Program-made: the position numbers and the translations under genes | The notes under the pieces: generated by a model | What the model saw: only the letters and a program-made list of their open reading frames with translations | The model's database searches: none | What the model was told of the DNA's origin: nothing | Shown: piece after piece, positions 46,224-56,320 of the stretch | Layout of the letters: each line of letters starts with the position of its first letter | How positions within the stretch are numbered: position 1 is the stretch's first letter | Assembly: GCA_002480345.1 (NCBI GenBank) | Contig: DLBY01000030.1 | Location: 22,440 to 86,439, forward strand | Direction: 5' to 3' | DNA from: Phycisphaerales bacterium UBA7812 | Lineage (GTDB): Bacteria; Planctomycetota; Phycisphaerae; Phycisphaerales; UBA1924 | Length of the DNA stretch: 64,000 bases

Positions 46224-46592
46224 ATGCCCCCCGCCGCCAGTCCCCACAAGCCGACCGTGTCCTTCGCGATCGCGATGATCCTCCTCGGCGCTGCCATCTA
46301 TCTGCTCACGGGCATGGAGAGCCTGACCGCGCTCATCCCCGCCTTTGCCGGTCTTCCGATCCTCCTCTGCGGCCTGCTCGCCGCGAAAGCGAGGCGGCCC
46401 GCACTGATCGCGGCCCTGGTACTCTCGATTCTCGGATTTCTGGGCCCCTTGGGCAGGATCATCCCAACCGCCGCAAAGGGCGAACTCGCTTTGAATCCGG
46501 CATTCGCGAGCCAGCTTGTCTTTATGGGTCTCACCGGCATCCTCGCGGTCGTGCTGATCCTCGCGATCCGCCGGCCGACCCAGCCCGCGTGA
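46224..46592 (+). CDS. Small hypothetical membrane protein (about 4 TM helices)
   Basis: 122 aa, almost entirely hydrophobic helices (FAIAMILLGAAIYLL, LIPAFAGLPILLCGLLA, LIAALVLSILGFLGPL, LVFMGLTGILAVVLILAI). Confidence 0.6.
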   Translation: MPPAASPHKPTVSFAIAMILLGAAIYLLTGMESLTALIPAFAGLPILLCGLLAAKARRPALIAALVLSILGFLGPLGRIIPTAAKGELALNPAFASQLVFMGLTGILAVVLILAIRRPTQPA

Positions 46593-46663
46593 GACCCACA
46601 GACTGACGACGCGCCGGCAGTGTGCGAGTCATCCCGGGCCTGCCCCCCGCTAACCTGTTGGGC

Positions 46664-48085
46664 ATGGAGACCGTCTCAATCATTCTGGGGATTGCGCTGC
46701 TCGCATCGGTCGGCGCCGTGATCTGGCTCGCCCTTGGCAAAGCACGGGCCGCCGAAGCCGCCGCGACCGCTCGGGCCGAGGCCGACCAGGCCCGCCGCGA
46801 CGCGGATCTCGCCGAGTCCCGACGCACCGAGGATGTCGGCAAACTGGAGAACATCCAGCAGTCGCTACGGCAGCAACTCGATGAAGCGGACGCGTCCTCC
46901 CGTTCGCTCGAGTTGGAACTGAGCCGGGAACGGGAGCAGCGTGACGCCGACCGACGCCTGCACGCCGAGCGGGAGCAACGCCTCCGCGAAGAACAGACCC
47001 GCTTGCAGAACTGGCTCCGCGAGCGAGAGACCGAGCTCGCCGACAAGTTCGCGAAGCTCTCCAGCGAGGCGCTCGATGCGAACACCAAGCGGTTCATCGA
47101 ACAGGCGAAGGAGTCGTTCGCGCAGCAGATGAAACTCGCGGAGGGCGATCTCGACAAGCGCCGCCAGGCGGTCGACGCGATGGTGAAACCCATCGGCGAG
47201 ACGCTGGAGCGAACACAGGAACGACTCGCGAAGCTCAGCGAGCGTGTCGAGATGACCGCCGCCGCGAGCGAAGCCCTCCGCGACGAGACCGGCAAGCTCA
47301 CCCGCGCCCTCAGCCGCCCCGAGGTCCGGGGCCAGTACGGCGAGATCCAACTCCGCCGCGTCGCGGAGCTCGCGGGGATGACGAGCTACTGCGACTTCAC
47401 CGAGCAGACGAGCAGCCGCGACGGCGAGGGCACCCTCCATCGCCCCGACATGATCGTTAATCTGCCCAACGACCGCCGCATCGTTGTCGACGCGAAGACC
47501 AACACCTACGCCTATGTCGAAGCCGTCAACGCCCACACCGATGACGAGCGTCAGCGACACCTCGACAGATTCGCCAAGCATGTCGCGGACCAGGCCAAGA
47601 AGCTCGGGGACAAGAAATACTGGGACGCGATCGAGGGTACGAGCCCCGAGTTCGTCGTCATGTTCGTCCCGGGCGACCACTTCATCGACGCCGCGCTCCA
47701 GCGACAGCCCGATCTGATCGACACCGCCGCATCGCAGAATGTCATCCTCGCCAGCCCCGCGACACTCATCGGGCTGCTCCGCGCCGTCGCGGTCGGCTGG
47801 CGCGAACACGCGCTGACGGAGCAGGCCCGCGAACTCTTCGTCCTGGGCAAGGAACTCCACGAGCGCGCCGCCGTCGCGTTCTCTCACATCGAGAAGCTCG
47901 GCAGATCGCTGGAGCAAGCGACCAACCGCTACAACGACGCGGTCGGCTCCATCCAGACTCGCCTCGTCCCCACACTCCGACGGTTCGAGGACGCCGGTGC
48001 CAAGAGCGCCAAGGACACACCCGAACTCGCGGAAATCAACACCCTCCCGCGCGCAGGCCTCCCGGTGCCGGATGAACCGCGCTGA
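46664..48085 (+). CDS. rmuC: DNA recombination protein RmuC
   Basis: ATG at 46664, N-terminal TM helix, long coiled coil, then the RmuC nuclease-like core PDMIVNLPNDRRIVVDAKTNTYAY...FVVMFVPGDHF. Confidence 0.88.
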   Translation: METVSIILGIALLASVGAVIWLALGKARAAEAAATARAEADQARRDADLAESRRTEDVGKLENIQQSLRQQLDEADASSRSLELELSREREQRDADRRLHAEREQRLREEQTRLQNWLRERETELADKFAKLSSEALDANTKRFIEQAKESFAQQMKLAEGDLDKRRQAVDAMVKPIGETLERTQERLAKLSERVEMTAAASEALRDETGKLTRALSRPEVRGQYGEIQLRRVAELAGMTSYCDFTEQTSSRDGEGTLHRPDMIVNLPNDRRIVVDAKTNTYAYVEAVNAHTDDERQRHLDRFAKHVADQAKKLGDKKYWDAIEGTSPEFVVMFVPGDHFIDAALQRQPDLIDTAASQNVILASPATLIGLLRAVAVGWREHALTEQARELFVLGKELHERAAVAFSHIEKLGRSLEQATNRYNDAVGSIQTRLVPTLRRFEDAGAKSAKDTPELAEINTLPRAGLPVPDEPR

Positions 48086-48215
48086 ACGACGGGCTCCGAT
48101 TCGCTCTCCCTGCGGTGGGCACCCAGCGATCACGCCCGTATACTCCCCGCCGCGCCGCCCGGACCGACCGGCGGGCTTCGACCCATCACCATGTTCCCCA
48201 ACGAAGGAGCAAACA

Positions 48216-48665
48216 ATGGCATCCGTCGGTATCCATTGCCTCCTCGAACTCTACGGATGCCCCGTCGAACTCCTCGACGATCCGGGCTTCGTCACCCGGA
48301 CACTCAACAACGCCGCGGACCACGCCGGCGCGACCTGGCTCGGTGAACTGCACCACCGGTTCAATCCGTGCGGCGTCACCTGCGTGGGTCTCCTCGCGGA
48401 GAGCCATGTCTCGATCCACACCTGGCCCGAGGTGGGCTATGCCGCCGTGGATGTCTTCACCTGCGGCGACGCCGCGATGCCGGAAAAGGCCTGCCGGTTT
48501 ATCGCGCGAGAGTTCCGCGCCGCGCGGCACACGCTCGCCAAGATCCCCCGTGCCGCGGGGCTGACCTTCGACGAAACCGAGGGCGTGAACCCCGCCGATG
48601 CCCATATGGCCAGTTGCACCCTCGACCACGAGATTCTCGAGCCCGGCGTTGCGATCGATGCCTGA
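48216..48665 (+). CDS. speD: S-adenosylmethionine decarboxylase proenzyme (SpeH/class 1 type)
   Basis: GAAGGAG upstream of the ATG at 48216. Self-processing site context LLAESHVSIHTWPE, and DVFTCGD. Confidence 0.88.
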   Translation: MASVGIHCLLELYGCPVELLDDPGFVTRTLNNAADHAGATWLGELHHRFNPCGVTCVGLLAESHVSIHTWPEVGYAAVDVFTCGDAAMPEKACRFIAREFRAARHTLAKIPRAAGLTFDETEGVNPADAHMASCTLDHEILEPGVAIDA

Positions 48666-49599
48666 AGAACGCGATACTCCAAGCACGCGCATCAGGCTCG
48701 AAGAACCGATCACCCCCTTCGACACCTGCCGTCACGAGGTCTCTCGCGTCATCCTCGATGATCGCACGCCGTATCAGCACATGCAGATCGTCGAGTCCCC
48801 GACGATGGGCCGGGCGTTGATCCTCGACGGTCGCTGGCAATCCTCCACTAGCGACGCGCACATCTATCACGAGCCCCTCGTTCACGCGTCTTTCCTGCAT
48901 CACGCGATTGCGAACGAACGACAGGGGCCTAAATCTGTTCTCATCGCGGGCGGAGGCGATTGGCGCACCGCGCACGAAGCCCTGAAATGGGCGAGCGTCC
49001 GCCGCGTCGTTCTCGCTGAAATCGACGAGCGTGTCCTCGGGGCTTGCCGAACACACTTCCCGGAGTTCCACGCAGGGTGTGAAGACGACCCCCGTCTGGA
49101 GGTCGTCGTCGATGATGCCGCGAGCGTGCTCGAGACCGCGATGACCACCGAGCACGAACGCTTCGACATCATCATCGGCGATCTCTCCGATCCGATCGAT
49201 CACGGACCATCCGCCGAACTGTTCACGATCGAGGCCTACAAACGCGCCCGCTCGGCTCTCACACCCGGGGGCATATTCACCACGCAAGCAGGCGGAATCT
49301 CACCAGCCGAAGTCGGGCCGCACGCCCGAACTCGCGCGAAGCTACAGAGCGTCTTCGAGCGGGCGCTCACGCTGATCGCACCCGTCCAGATCTTCGGAAC
49401 CCCGCTCGGGATCGTGATCGCCAGCGATGCCCCCCTCGATCCGAATCCCGAGATCGAACGGGCCGCTCGGATCCTCACCGAGAACCGTGTGCACGACCTC
49501 CGTTATCTGGACGCGCAGACCTTCGCGCGATCGGCCTTTGCACCGCCCTATCTACAGGACGCGATCCGATGGGCCCAAGCCGCCACCGCGGGTCGCTGA
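48658..49599 (+). CDS. speE: Polyamine aminopropyltransferase (spermidine synthase)
   Basis: The ATG at 48658 overlaps the speD stop (ATGCCTGA). Motifs: YQHMQIVESPTMGRALILDG, YHEPLVH, VLIAGGGD, IIIGDLSDP. Confidence 0.85.
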   Translation: MPEERDTPSTRIRLEEPITPFDTCRHEVSRVILDDRTPYQHMQIVESPTMGRALILDGRWQSSTSDAHIYHEPLVHASFLHHAIANERQGPKSVLIAGGGDWRTAHEALKWASVRRVVLAEIDERVLGACRTHFPEFHAGCEDDPRLEVVVDDAASVLETAMTTEHERFDIIIGDLSDPIDHGPSAELFTIEAYKRARSALTPGGIFTTQAGGISPAEVGPHARTRAKLQSVFERALTLIAPVQIFGTPLGIVIASDAPLDPNPEIERAARILTENRVHDLRYLDAQTFARSAFAPPYLQDAIRWAQAATAGR

Positions 49600-49717
49600 G
49601 TCACTCGGACGCGCCAGCACCCCGTCTTCACAAGTCAAACACAGCCGCGCACACGAGCGGGGCTTCATCTGAGAGACCGTCCAACCGACAGCCTCGCGTG
49701 ACAGGGCGTCACTCGGC

Positions 49718-50353
49718 TCAGCGGTACCGCCTCACCACCGCCTTGACGATCCCCTGCACCTGGCAGAACTTGACGCGAATCGGCTCGAAATCCGGGTTCG
49801 CGGGCTGCAGGCGGATGTGATCCTCTTCCTTGTAGAAGGTCTTGAGCGTCGTGCTCCCATCCTCGAGCAGCGCAACCACGCGGTCACCGTTCCGCGCAAC
49901 CTGGGCCCGCTCGAGCAGGATGTAATCCCCGTCGAGAATGCCCTCGTCGCGCATGCTGTCGCCGTCCACGCACAGGGCGAAACTCGACTCGCCCGACTCG
50001 TCCCCCGTCGCGAGCACCTCGGAGAGATCGAGTTCCTCGTCATTCGCGACCTTCTCGATCGGATAGCCCGCCGCGATCTTGCCCACGAGCGGAAGCCGCA
50101 GCGGCCGGTCCTCATCCGGGACCGCGATCCCTTCAGCGATCGACAAAGAGCGAGCCTTGTTCCGCTCGCGGACGAGGGCGCCCTTTTTGATGAGCGCCTC
50201 GACGTGCTCGAACACCGTGACCTTGCTGACGCCGATCTCGTCGGCCAACTCCTGCATCGTCGGCGAATAGCCACGACGCACGCGAGAGTCGCGGATCAGC
50301 TTGAGAATCCTGAGCTGCTTCGGAGTGAGATTCATGGATTTGTTGGGTGTCAT
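49718..50353 (-). CDS. lexA: LexA repressor
   Basis: Winged-HTH LTPKQLRILKLIRDSRVRRGYSPTMQELADEIGVSKVTVFEHVEALIKKG. S24 peptidase domain with GDSMRDEGILDGDYILLE and LKTFY...RLQPANPDF. An alternative ATG lies at 50335. Confidence 0.92.
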   Translation of the reverse strand: MTPNKSMNLTPKQLRILKLIRDSRVRRGYSPTMQELADEIGVSKVTVFEHVEALIKKGALVRERNKARSLSIAEGIAVPDEDRPLRLPLVGKIAAGYPIEKVANDEELDLSEVLATGDESGESSFALCVDGDSMRDEGILDGDYILLERAQVARNGDRVVALLEDGSTTLKTFYKEEDHIRLQPANPDFEPIRVKFCQVQGIVKAVVRRYR

Positions 50354-51241
50354 GGCTCGATTCCTCTGTCCTGTGCTGGGTCGACGGGGCCGAACCGATC
50401 AACGGCAGTGCCCCCGCGAGTCTCTCTACCGGCCGCAACGAGCGGTCCATCCGGCGCCCCGTTACCCCGTCCATTCCCTCTTCCGCACGCAGTCTCAGCC
50501 GCGCTCGATTCAGTTGGTCCCGCTGCGACGCGAAGAGCCGCTCGGCAAGCACGATCAGTCCGAGTTCATGAGACGCCGCATTGTGGTCGCCCATGCTCTC
50601 CGACGCACCGGTCCCGGGCCGCGGTCGCGCATCGCCGGGTTCTTCAGGCGATTCCCTCCTCGCACGATCGCTCGAAAGAGACGAGTTCTCCACCCGGAAC
50701 GCGCCCGAACGATCCCCAAGCGACAGCCACGAACGGCGGAACGCCCCGCCGGGGCCGAGCGCGACCACGCATGCACCACCGCCGGACGCCGCTGACGAGA
50801 GGCCGTGCGACGCGTGCACGCCGGCTGGTCCGCTAAATCGACTCTTCATTCCGAGCAGGCCCATGGAGTCCTTTCCATCTGCTCACCATCTCGCCTCGCT
50901 AGGTGGCAGCCCCTCTCCCGGGTTGCCCAATCCTCGAAGCAAGCTTCGAACCACTGTCAGCCTGCGAACACTTCCGACGCCTCCGCGCCCGCGTCGTGCC
51001 AACCATCTCCCAAATCGCGTCCGCTGACGAGGGACCCTCCGGGAGGGAGCGCCACGCATGGAAGAGCGACGCCCCCTTCATGTTCTATCACATCATTCGA
51101 TCAGAAGCCCTCACAAAGTTCAACTTTTCGCAAAAATTGTTCGGAACTCGATCGGTTGTTATCAGCATCTCGTCAAGGAGACGCCACGGATCTGACGCGA
51201 AACAGGCCTGTTCAACCTCAGGAACGAGGCAACGCACCGGC

Positions 51242-52519
51242 TCAGCCTCCGCGCATCGTGAACAACGACCCACACCGCTCGATCTGCCCCCGTAACTCCA
51301 GCATGGTCAACGCCGTGCGGAGCCGCGGCGCCGGACAGCCAACCACGCCGAGCAGTGAATCAAACGAAAGGCCCGGCGCGGATCCAACACACGCGGCAAG
51401 AGCCGACATCACCTCCGATTCATCCCCGTTCTCAGCAGGTGCCCCGCCCTCCCCAAACAACGCTTTACCCGCCTGTCGCTGCACGCCGTTCTGTGACTCG
51501 GGGCCACCCGCGCCCGAAGCCTGATCTTCAGTGCGCCCCGGGTCTGCGTACCGAACCGCGTGCAAGCCATCGTGCGCAAATCGAGCGGGTGCCTCGAGCT
51601 GCGCCAGCACATCGCCGGGCTCGCTCACCAGGGCCCCACCCCCACGCTTCAGAAGGTCCAGAGACCCGGCGCTCGCCGCCGAATCGACCCGCCCCGGAAC
51701 CACCATCACCTCCCGCCCGTGCTCCTCCGCAGCGACAGCCGCCGTGATCAACGCCCCGCTCTTTCGTCCCGCCTCGATCACGACCACGCCCAGGCTGAGC
51801 CCGCTGATGATCCGATTCCGCGCCGGAAAATGTTCGCCCCGGGGCTCCGTCAGCATCGGCAACTCGCTCACAATCGCCCCGGCGTCCTCCGCGATGATCC
51901 GATCGAACAAGGCCCCGTTCTCGGGCGGATACACCCGACCCAGCCCGCACCCCTGCACCACGACCGTCCGCCCACCGCTCCGCAGACAGCCCCGGTGCGC
52001 CGCGGTGTCGATGCCACGCGCCCCGCCCGAAACGATCGTCAGACCACTCCGCCCCAGCACCCCCCCGAACCGCTCGGCTTGCTCGATCCCGTACTGCGAA
52101 CACCGCCGTGACCCGACGATCGCGACCGGGTACGCGTCCCGCGAGGGCTCCTGTTCGATCCCTCCAAATGAACCACGGATGAACAACAGCCGCGGCGCAT
52201 CGGGCAAGTCGGCGAGCAACATCGGATACCCCGGATCCCCGATCGCGACAGCGCGCACCCCCGCACGCGCCATGCGCTCACATTCCGCGTCTACCGCATC
52301 GCCAACTGTCGGGATACCCGCCCGCGCCTTCTCGCTCGTCACCCGCCCGATGCCGGGCACCGCGCACCACGCCGCGTGCGACGCCCCGAGGACCCGATCC
52401 GCCGAACCACCGAACGCGTCGAGCAATCGGCTCGCACGCACGGATCCGAGCCCGGGCAGCATCACCAGGGACAGCAACGCGCGCGCTCGCGGGGTCAGCG
52501 GATCAACGATCGCGGTCAT
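51242..52519 (-). CDS. dprA: DNA-processing protein DprA (Smf)
   Basis: Motifs: VAIVGSRRCSQYG, TIVSGGARGIDTAAHRG, VVQGCGLGRVYPPEN, FPARNRIISGLS, EAGRKSGALITA. Confidence 0.9.
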   Translation of the reverse strand: MTAIVDPLTPRARALLSLVMLPGLGSVRASRLLDAFGGSADRVLGASHAAWCAVPGIGRVTSEKARAGIPTVGDAVDAECERMARAGVRAVAIGDPGYPMLLADLPDAPRLLFIRGSFGGIEQEPSRDAYPVAIVGSRRCSQYGIEQAERFGGVLGRSGLTIVSGGARGIDTAAHRGCLRSGGRTVVVQGCGLGRVYPPENGALFDRIIAEDAGAIVSELPMLTEPRGEHFPARNRIISGLSLGVVVIEAGRKSGALITAAVAAEEHGREVMVVPGRVDSAASAGSLDLLKRGGGALVSEPGDVLAQLEAPARFAHDGLHAVRYADPGRTEDQASGAGGPESQNGVQRQAGKALFGEGGAPAENGDESEVMSALAACVGSAPGLSFDSLLGVVGCPAPRLRTALTMLELRGQIERCGSLFTMRGG

Positions 52520-52577
52520 GCCCCGAGTCTACAAACAAATCCCTGCTAGGCAAACACCACCGCGACGCGATCGCCCC

Positions 52578-52982
52578 TCAACGAACGCGTCGGTAGGCCG
52601 GGTCCTCGGTCTCCGAGTAGTCAACGACCCGGGCGACGATACCCAGCCGCTCCTGCTCATCCACGCGCGTAACCGCCCGCTGGGTAACGATCTGCTGGGG
52701 GTAGACCGCCGCCGGATTCGGGCGCCGCAGCGTGACGAAGACATCCGTCTGGTCCGCCGACTCGCGGGTCGCGTCGATCTCCAACGCCCAGCCGGGCGAG
52801 GGCAGCTCCGCAACCACCATGTGGAAGCCGTTCTCGGTATCGCTGCCGATCGGAGGCCCGCGGTAGGCCTCCGGCGCGACCTTGATCCCCGATGAACAAC
52901 CGGAGATCGCACCAATGCCCGCCGCCGCAACAATCGCGCCGCACCACCATCGCCGATTCGACCCCATGAATGCGCAAGTCAT
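52578..52982 (-). CDS. Hypothetical lipoprotein
   Basis: Signal peptide plus lipobox (AAAGIGAISGCSS). No family recognised. An alternative ATG lies at 52967. Confidence 0.55.
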   Translation of the reverse strand: MTCAFMGSNRRWWCGAIVAAAGIGAISGCSSGIKVAPEAYRGPPIGSDTENGFHMVVAELPSPGWALEIDATRESADQTDVFVTLRRPNPAAVYPQQIVTQRAVTRVDEQERLGIVARVVDYSETEDPAYRRVR

Positions 52983-53010
52983 CGGGGAGAGCCTACCGAC
53001 CGTGCGTCGA

Positions 53011-53409
53011 TCACGCCATCAGATCGATCATCCGTCCCAGGCCGTCGATCGCCCGCGTCGTTGCCGGCGGGTCGGGTGCAGCGTCGCCCCCACGCGCACA
53101 GACCGCTTGGGGCTCAACAGGCGGCACATCGCCGATCCGCGCAAGCGTCGGATCCCGCCCCGGTTCCGCCGATCCCTGCGCACCGGGCACGCAGGCTCGC
53201 TCCCCCGCCGCACCGGTCAGTTTTGGGAGATCGAAACCCCGATCCCGGACATTCTGTAGCCGCAGATACTCCGGAAACCGACGCGGCTGCAGAAAGACGG
53301 ACTCCACCCGCCGCCATGGCGAGCCAAAGAGCCCGATGGGTTGGATGCCTGTCTCCGACACGATGAGCGTCGGTGCACCACGCATGCCAGCGAGCGCGAA
53401 GTCAATCAA
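53011..53409 (-). CDS. Hypothetical protein (weak call)
   Basis: The ORF has G/C-rich third positions and sits upstream of the lipoprotein gene on the same strand. The listed start is TTG, with an internal ATG at 53385 (MRGAPTLIV...). No motif recognised. Confidence 0.3.
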   Translation of the reverse strand: MIDFALAGMRGAPTLIVSETGIQPIGLFGSPWRRVESVFLQPRRFPEYLRLQNVRDRGFDLPKLTGAAGERACVPGAQGSAEPGRDPTLARIGDVPPVEPQAVCARGGDAAPDPPATTRAIDGLGRMIDLMA

Positions 53410-53535
53410 GCCCGATAATTTCTGGGCTCTCTACCGGAGAGACGGGTCGATTCCAAAGAAGACGCCGACACGCGACATCACGCATCGCCGGATGTTGTGG
53501 GAAGTGAACACGCCCACGATGCGTAGAGTCCCCGC

Positions 53536-54666
53536 GTGCGTGTTGACGACCTCGATTTTCACCTCCCTTCCGAGCTGATCGCGGCCACCGCGGTGGAGCC
53601 CCGCGATCGCGCCCGCCTCTTGGTTGTCAGCCGGAGCGATCCGTCGCGCCTCGAGCACCGGATCGTGCGCGACCTGCCCGCTTTGCTCGACCCAGGTGAT
53701 CTGCTGGTCACGAACGATTCGCGGGTCGTGCCCGCTCGATTCCTCGCGATCAACACCGACACCGGGGGCAAGGCCGAGGGCCTCTGGCTCCGCGATGACG
53801 GACGCGATCCGGAGGGCCGGTTGGTCTGGAGTGCGCTGGTCAAGGCCAGACGGCACCGCGCCGGGCGCGTGCTGACGGTCCTCGATCGCGAACACCGGCC
53901 CTCAACGATCCGGCTGAAATTCCTCGGGCGCGACGAGACCGAGACCGGTGCATGGCGCCTCGCCGCCTGGGACGAATCGGACCCGGATGCTTCGACCCCG
54001 GGCATCCTCGACCGGGTGGGCCTCGCCCCACTCCCGCCCTACATCCGCCACGCGAGGCGCGACGCGGGGATGGACCAGGACCGCGATGACGACCGCGACC
54101 GGTACCAGACCGTCTACGCGACCGACGACGACGCACACCGCGCGCCGGGTGCGTCGGGCTCCGTCGCCGCCCCCACCGCCGGCCTGCACTTCACCCCCGA
54201 CCTTCTCGAACGACTCGAGGGCTGCGGCGTCGCGCGCACAAGCGTGACCCTCCATGTCGGGACGGGAACCTTCAAGACCGTCGAAGCGGACGATCTCGAC
54301 GATCACCCGATGCACGCGGAATGGTGCGCCATCCCCGACGCGGCGCGCGCCAGCATGCACGATGCGACGCGGGTCATCGCGGTCGGCACCACCGCCGCGC
54401 GCACGCTGGAGGCCTTCGCCGCGCTGCCACCAGGCGAGCCCGCTCCGGAGTGGCTCGAAACCGACCTTCTCATCCAGCCCGGGCACACCTGGCGCGCAAT
54501 GCAAGGCCTGATGACGAACTTCCACCTGCCCCGCTCAACGCTGCTGGCGCTCGTCGCCGCTCTCTTCCCGGAGGGCATCGAACGCGTCCGCGCGATCTAC
54601 GCCGAGGCGATCCGCGAGCGATACCGGTTCTTCAGCTTCGGAGACGCGATGCTGATCCTCCCCTGA
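53536..54666 (+). CDS. queA: S-adenosylmethionine:tRNA ribosyltransferase-isomerase
   Basis: Motifs: DDLDFHLPSELIAATAVEPRDRARLLV, APLPPYI, YQTVYA, VAAPTAGLHFT, LHVGTGTF, AVGTTAARTLE, LMTNFHLPRSTLL. Confidence 0.9.
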   Translation: MRVDDLDFHLPSELIAATAVEPRDRARLLVVSRSDPSRLEHRIVRDLPALLDPGDLLVTNDSRVVPARFLAINTDTGGKAEGLWLRDDGRDPEGRLVWSALVKARRHRAGRVLTVLDREHRPSTIRLKFLGRDETETGAWRLAAWDESDPDASTPGILDRVGLAPLPPYIRHARRDAGMDQDRDDDRDRYQTVYATDDDAHRAPGASGSVAAPTAGLHFTPDLLERLEGCGVARTSVTLHVGTGTFKTVEADDLDDHPMHAEWCAIPDAARASMHDATRVIAVGTTAARTLEAFAALPPGEPAPEWLETDLLIQPGHTWRAMQGLMTNFHLPRSTLLALVAALFPEGIERVRAIYAEAIRERYRFFSFGDAMLILP

Positions 54667-54745
54667 TGCGGATTCCCGTGGATTCTGCGCCGCGGAGCGG
54701 TCCCGCGCCGATAGATTCGGAGTTGCCGCCCGGGGTGCCGAACAC

Positions 54746-56320
54746 ATGCGTCTGACCGATCTCATCGTTGCCCTCCCGATCACGATCGCCCGGGGCGCCG
54801 CGGAAGGCGTCCGGATCACCGATCTGACCGAGGACAGCCGGACCGTGCTGCCCGGTTCGCTTTTCGTGGCGCGCCCAGGCCTCCGTTCCGACGGCACCGC
54901 GTTCGTGCCCGACGCGATCGAGGCGGGCGCCGTCGCGGTGCTTCTCCAGGCAACCACACCGGTCGACCGCGTCCCCGACGGGCCCGTGCTGCTGGTGTGC
55001 GACGATGTGCGCACCGTGACCGCCCATCTCGCCGAACGCATGCACGGGAGCCCGAGCAAGCGCCTCCTTCTCACCGGCGTGACCGGCACCAACGGGAAAT
55101 CGACCGTCGCCCACCTCGTGCACGGGCTGCTCAACCGCTGCGGGATCCGCTGCGGGCTCATCGGAACGGTGGGCGTCGACGACGGAAACGGGTTCGCACC
55201 CGCCTCGATGACCACGCCCCCCGCGATCGAGATCAGCCGCACGCTCGCGACGATGGTCGATGCGGGGTGCGATGCCGCGGTGATGGAGGTCTCGAGCCAT
55301 GCGCTCGACCAACGCCGGGCGGACGGGCTCGCTTTCGATTGCGCGGTCTTCACGAACATCACGGGCGATCACCAGGACTACCACCCCACCTTCGAGCACT
55401 ATCTCGCGTCCAAGCAGCGCCTGCTTGGCCTGCTCAACGACGAGGCCCCCGGGGTGCTGAACGCGGACGACCCACGCGTCGCGTCCAGCGCCCCGCGCAT
55501 CCGGAGCGGGCGGGCGGTGCTCTGCTCGAACGCGAGCGATGACAGCACCCGAGGGCGCACGGATTGGACCGTGGAACGCGGCGTCCCCTCCATCGAGGGT
55601 GAGTCTCTCAGGATCAGGCACGCTTCGGGGTACGAGATCGTGGGAACGATCCCGCTGATCGGCGCGTTCAACGCGATGAACGCCTGCCAGGCGATCGCCG
55701 CCGCGTGGACGATTCTCGACCGCGCGGGCGTTGACGAACGCGATCGCGCACACAGGCTGTCGGACGCCCTTTCGCTCGCGACCGCGCCCAAGGGCCGGCT
55801 CGAACCGGTTCATGCGCCGGGCGATGACCTCGCGGTGTTCGTGGACTACGCCCACACCGACGATGCGCTGGACCGGGTGCTCGCGACGCTCCGCGCGGTG
55901 ACGGACGCCGAACTGACCGCGGTCTTCGGCGCGGGGGGCGACCGCGACCGCGCGAAGCGCCCGCGGATGGGCGCCGCCGCGGCGCGCCACGCGGATCGCA
56001 TCGTGTTGACCAGCGACAACCCCCGCTCCGAGCCGCCCTCCGGGATCGTGGGCGAGATCATGGGCGGCATCCCCGCGGACGCCCGCGCGCGCACAGCGGT
56101 CCACATCGAACGGGCGCGTGCGATCCGTGAGGCGATCCTGACCGCCGCCCCGGGCGGTGCCGTCATCATCGCGGGCAAGGGGCACGAGACCGACCAGGTC
56201 TCCGCCGACGACGCGGGCCGCCCGGTGGTCGTTCGCTTCGTGGATCAAGAGGTCGCGCGGGCGGCGCTCGCGGCGAGACGCGACGCATGGCGAGTCCACG
56301 CGGCGGAGGGATCGGGATGA
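54746..56320 (+). CDS. murE: UDP-N-acetylmuramoyl-L-alanyl-D-glutamate--2,6-diaminopimelate ligase
   Basis: Motifs: TGVTGTNGKSTV, EVSSHAL, VFTNITGDHQDYH, DYAHTDDAL, TSDNPRSE. Confidence 0.92.
   Translation: MRLTDLIVALPITIARGAAEGVRITDLTEDSRTVLPGSLFVARPGLRSDGTAFVPDAIEAGAVAVLLQATTPVDRVPDGPVLLVCDDVRTVTAHLAERMHGSPSKRLLLTGVTGTNGKSTVAHLVHGLLNRCGIRCGLIGTVGVDDGNGFAPASMTTPPAIEISRTLATMVDAGCDAAVMEVSSHALDQRRADGLAFDCAVFTNITGDHQDYHPTFEHYLASKQRLLGLLNDEAPGVLNADDPRVASSAPRIRSGRAVLCSNASDDSTRGRTDWTVERGVPSIEGESLRIRHASGYEIVGTIPLIGAFNAMNACQAIAAAWTILDRAGVDERDRAHRLSDALSLATAPKGRLEPVHAPGDDLAVFVDYAHTDDALDRVLATLRAVTDAELTAVFGAGGDRDRAKRPRMGAAAARHADRIVLTSDNPRSEPPSGIVGEIMGGIPADARARTAVHIERARAIREAILTAAPGGAVIIAGKGHETDQVSADDAGRPVVVRFVDQEVARAALAARRDAWRVHAAEGSG

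Noticed and set aside
50133-50864. A 243-aa minus-strand ORF filling part of the dprA-lexA gap, with moderately G/C-rich third positions.
   Set aside because: It reads about 220 nt into lexA in a different frame. Its first half is Gly/Ser/Ala/Arg low complexity and it has no recognisable motif. The region is reported as unexplained rather than called as a gene.
50856-50880. The minus-strand string GGAAAGGACTCCATGGGC, which resembles the RNase P RNA P4 element (GGAAAGTCCGGGCTCCATAGGGC).
   Set aside because: The match is short and lacks the TCC of the conserved core. I could find no second P4 strand or other universally conserved RNase P segment nearby. A covariance-model scan would be needed to revive this.
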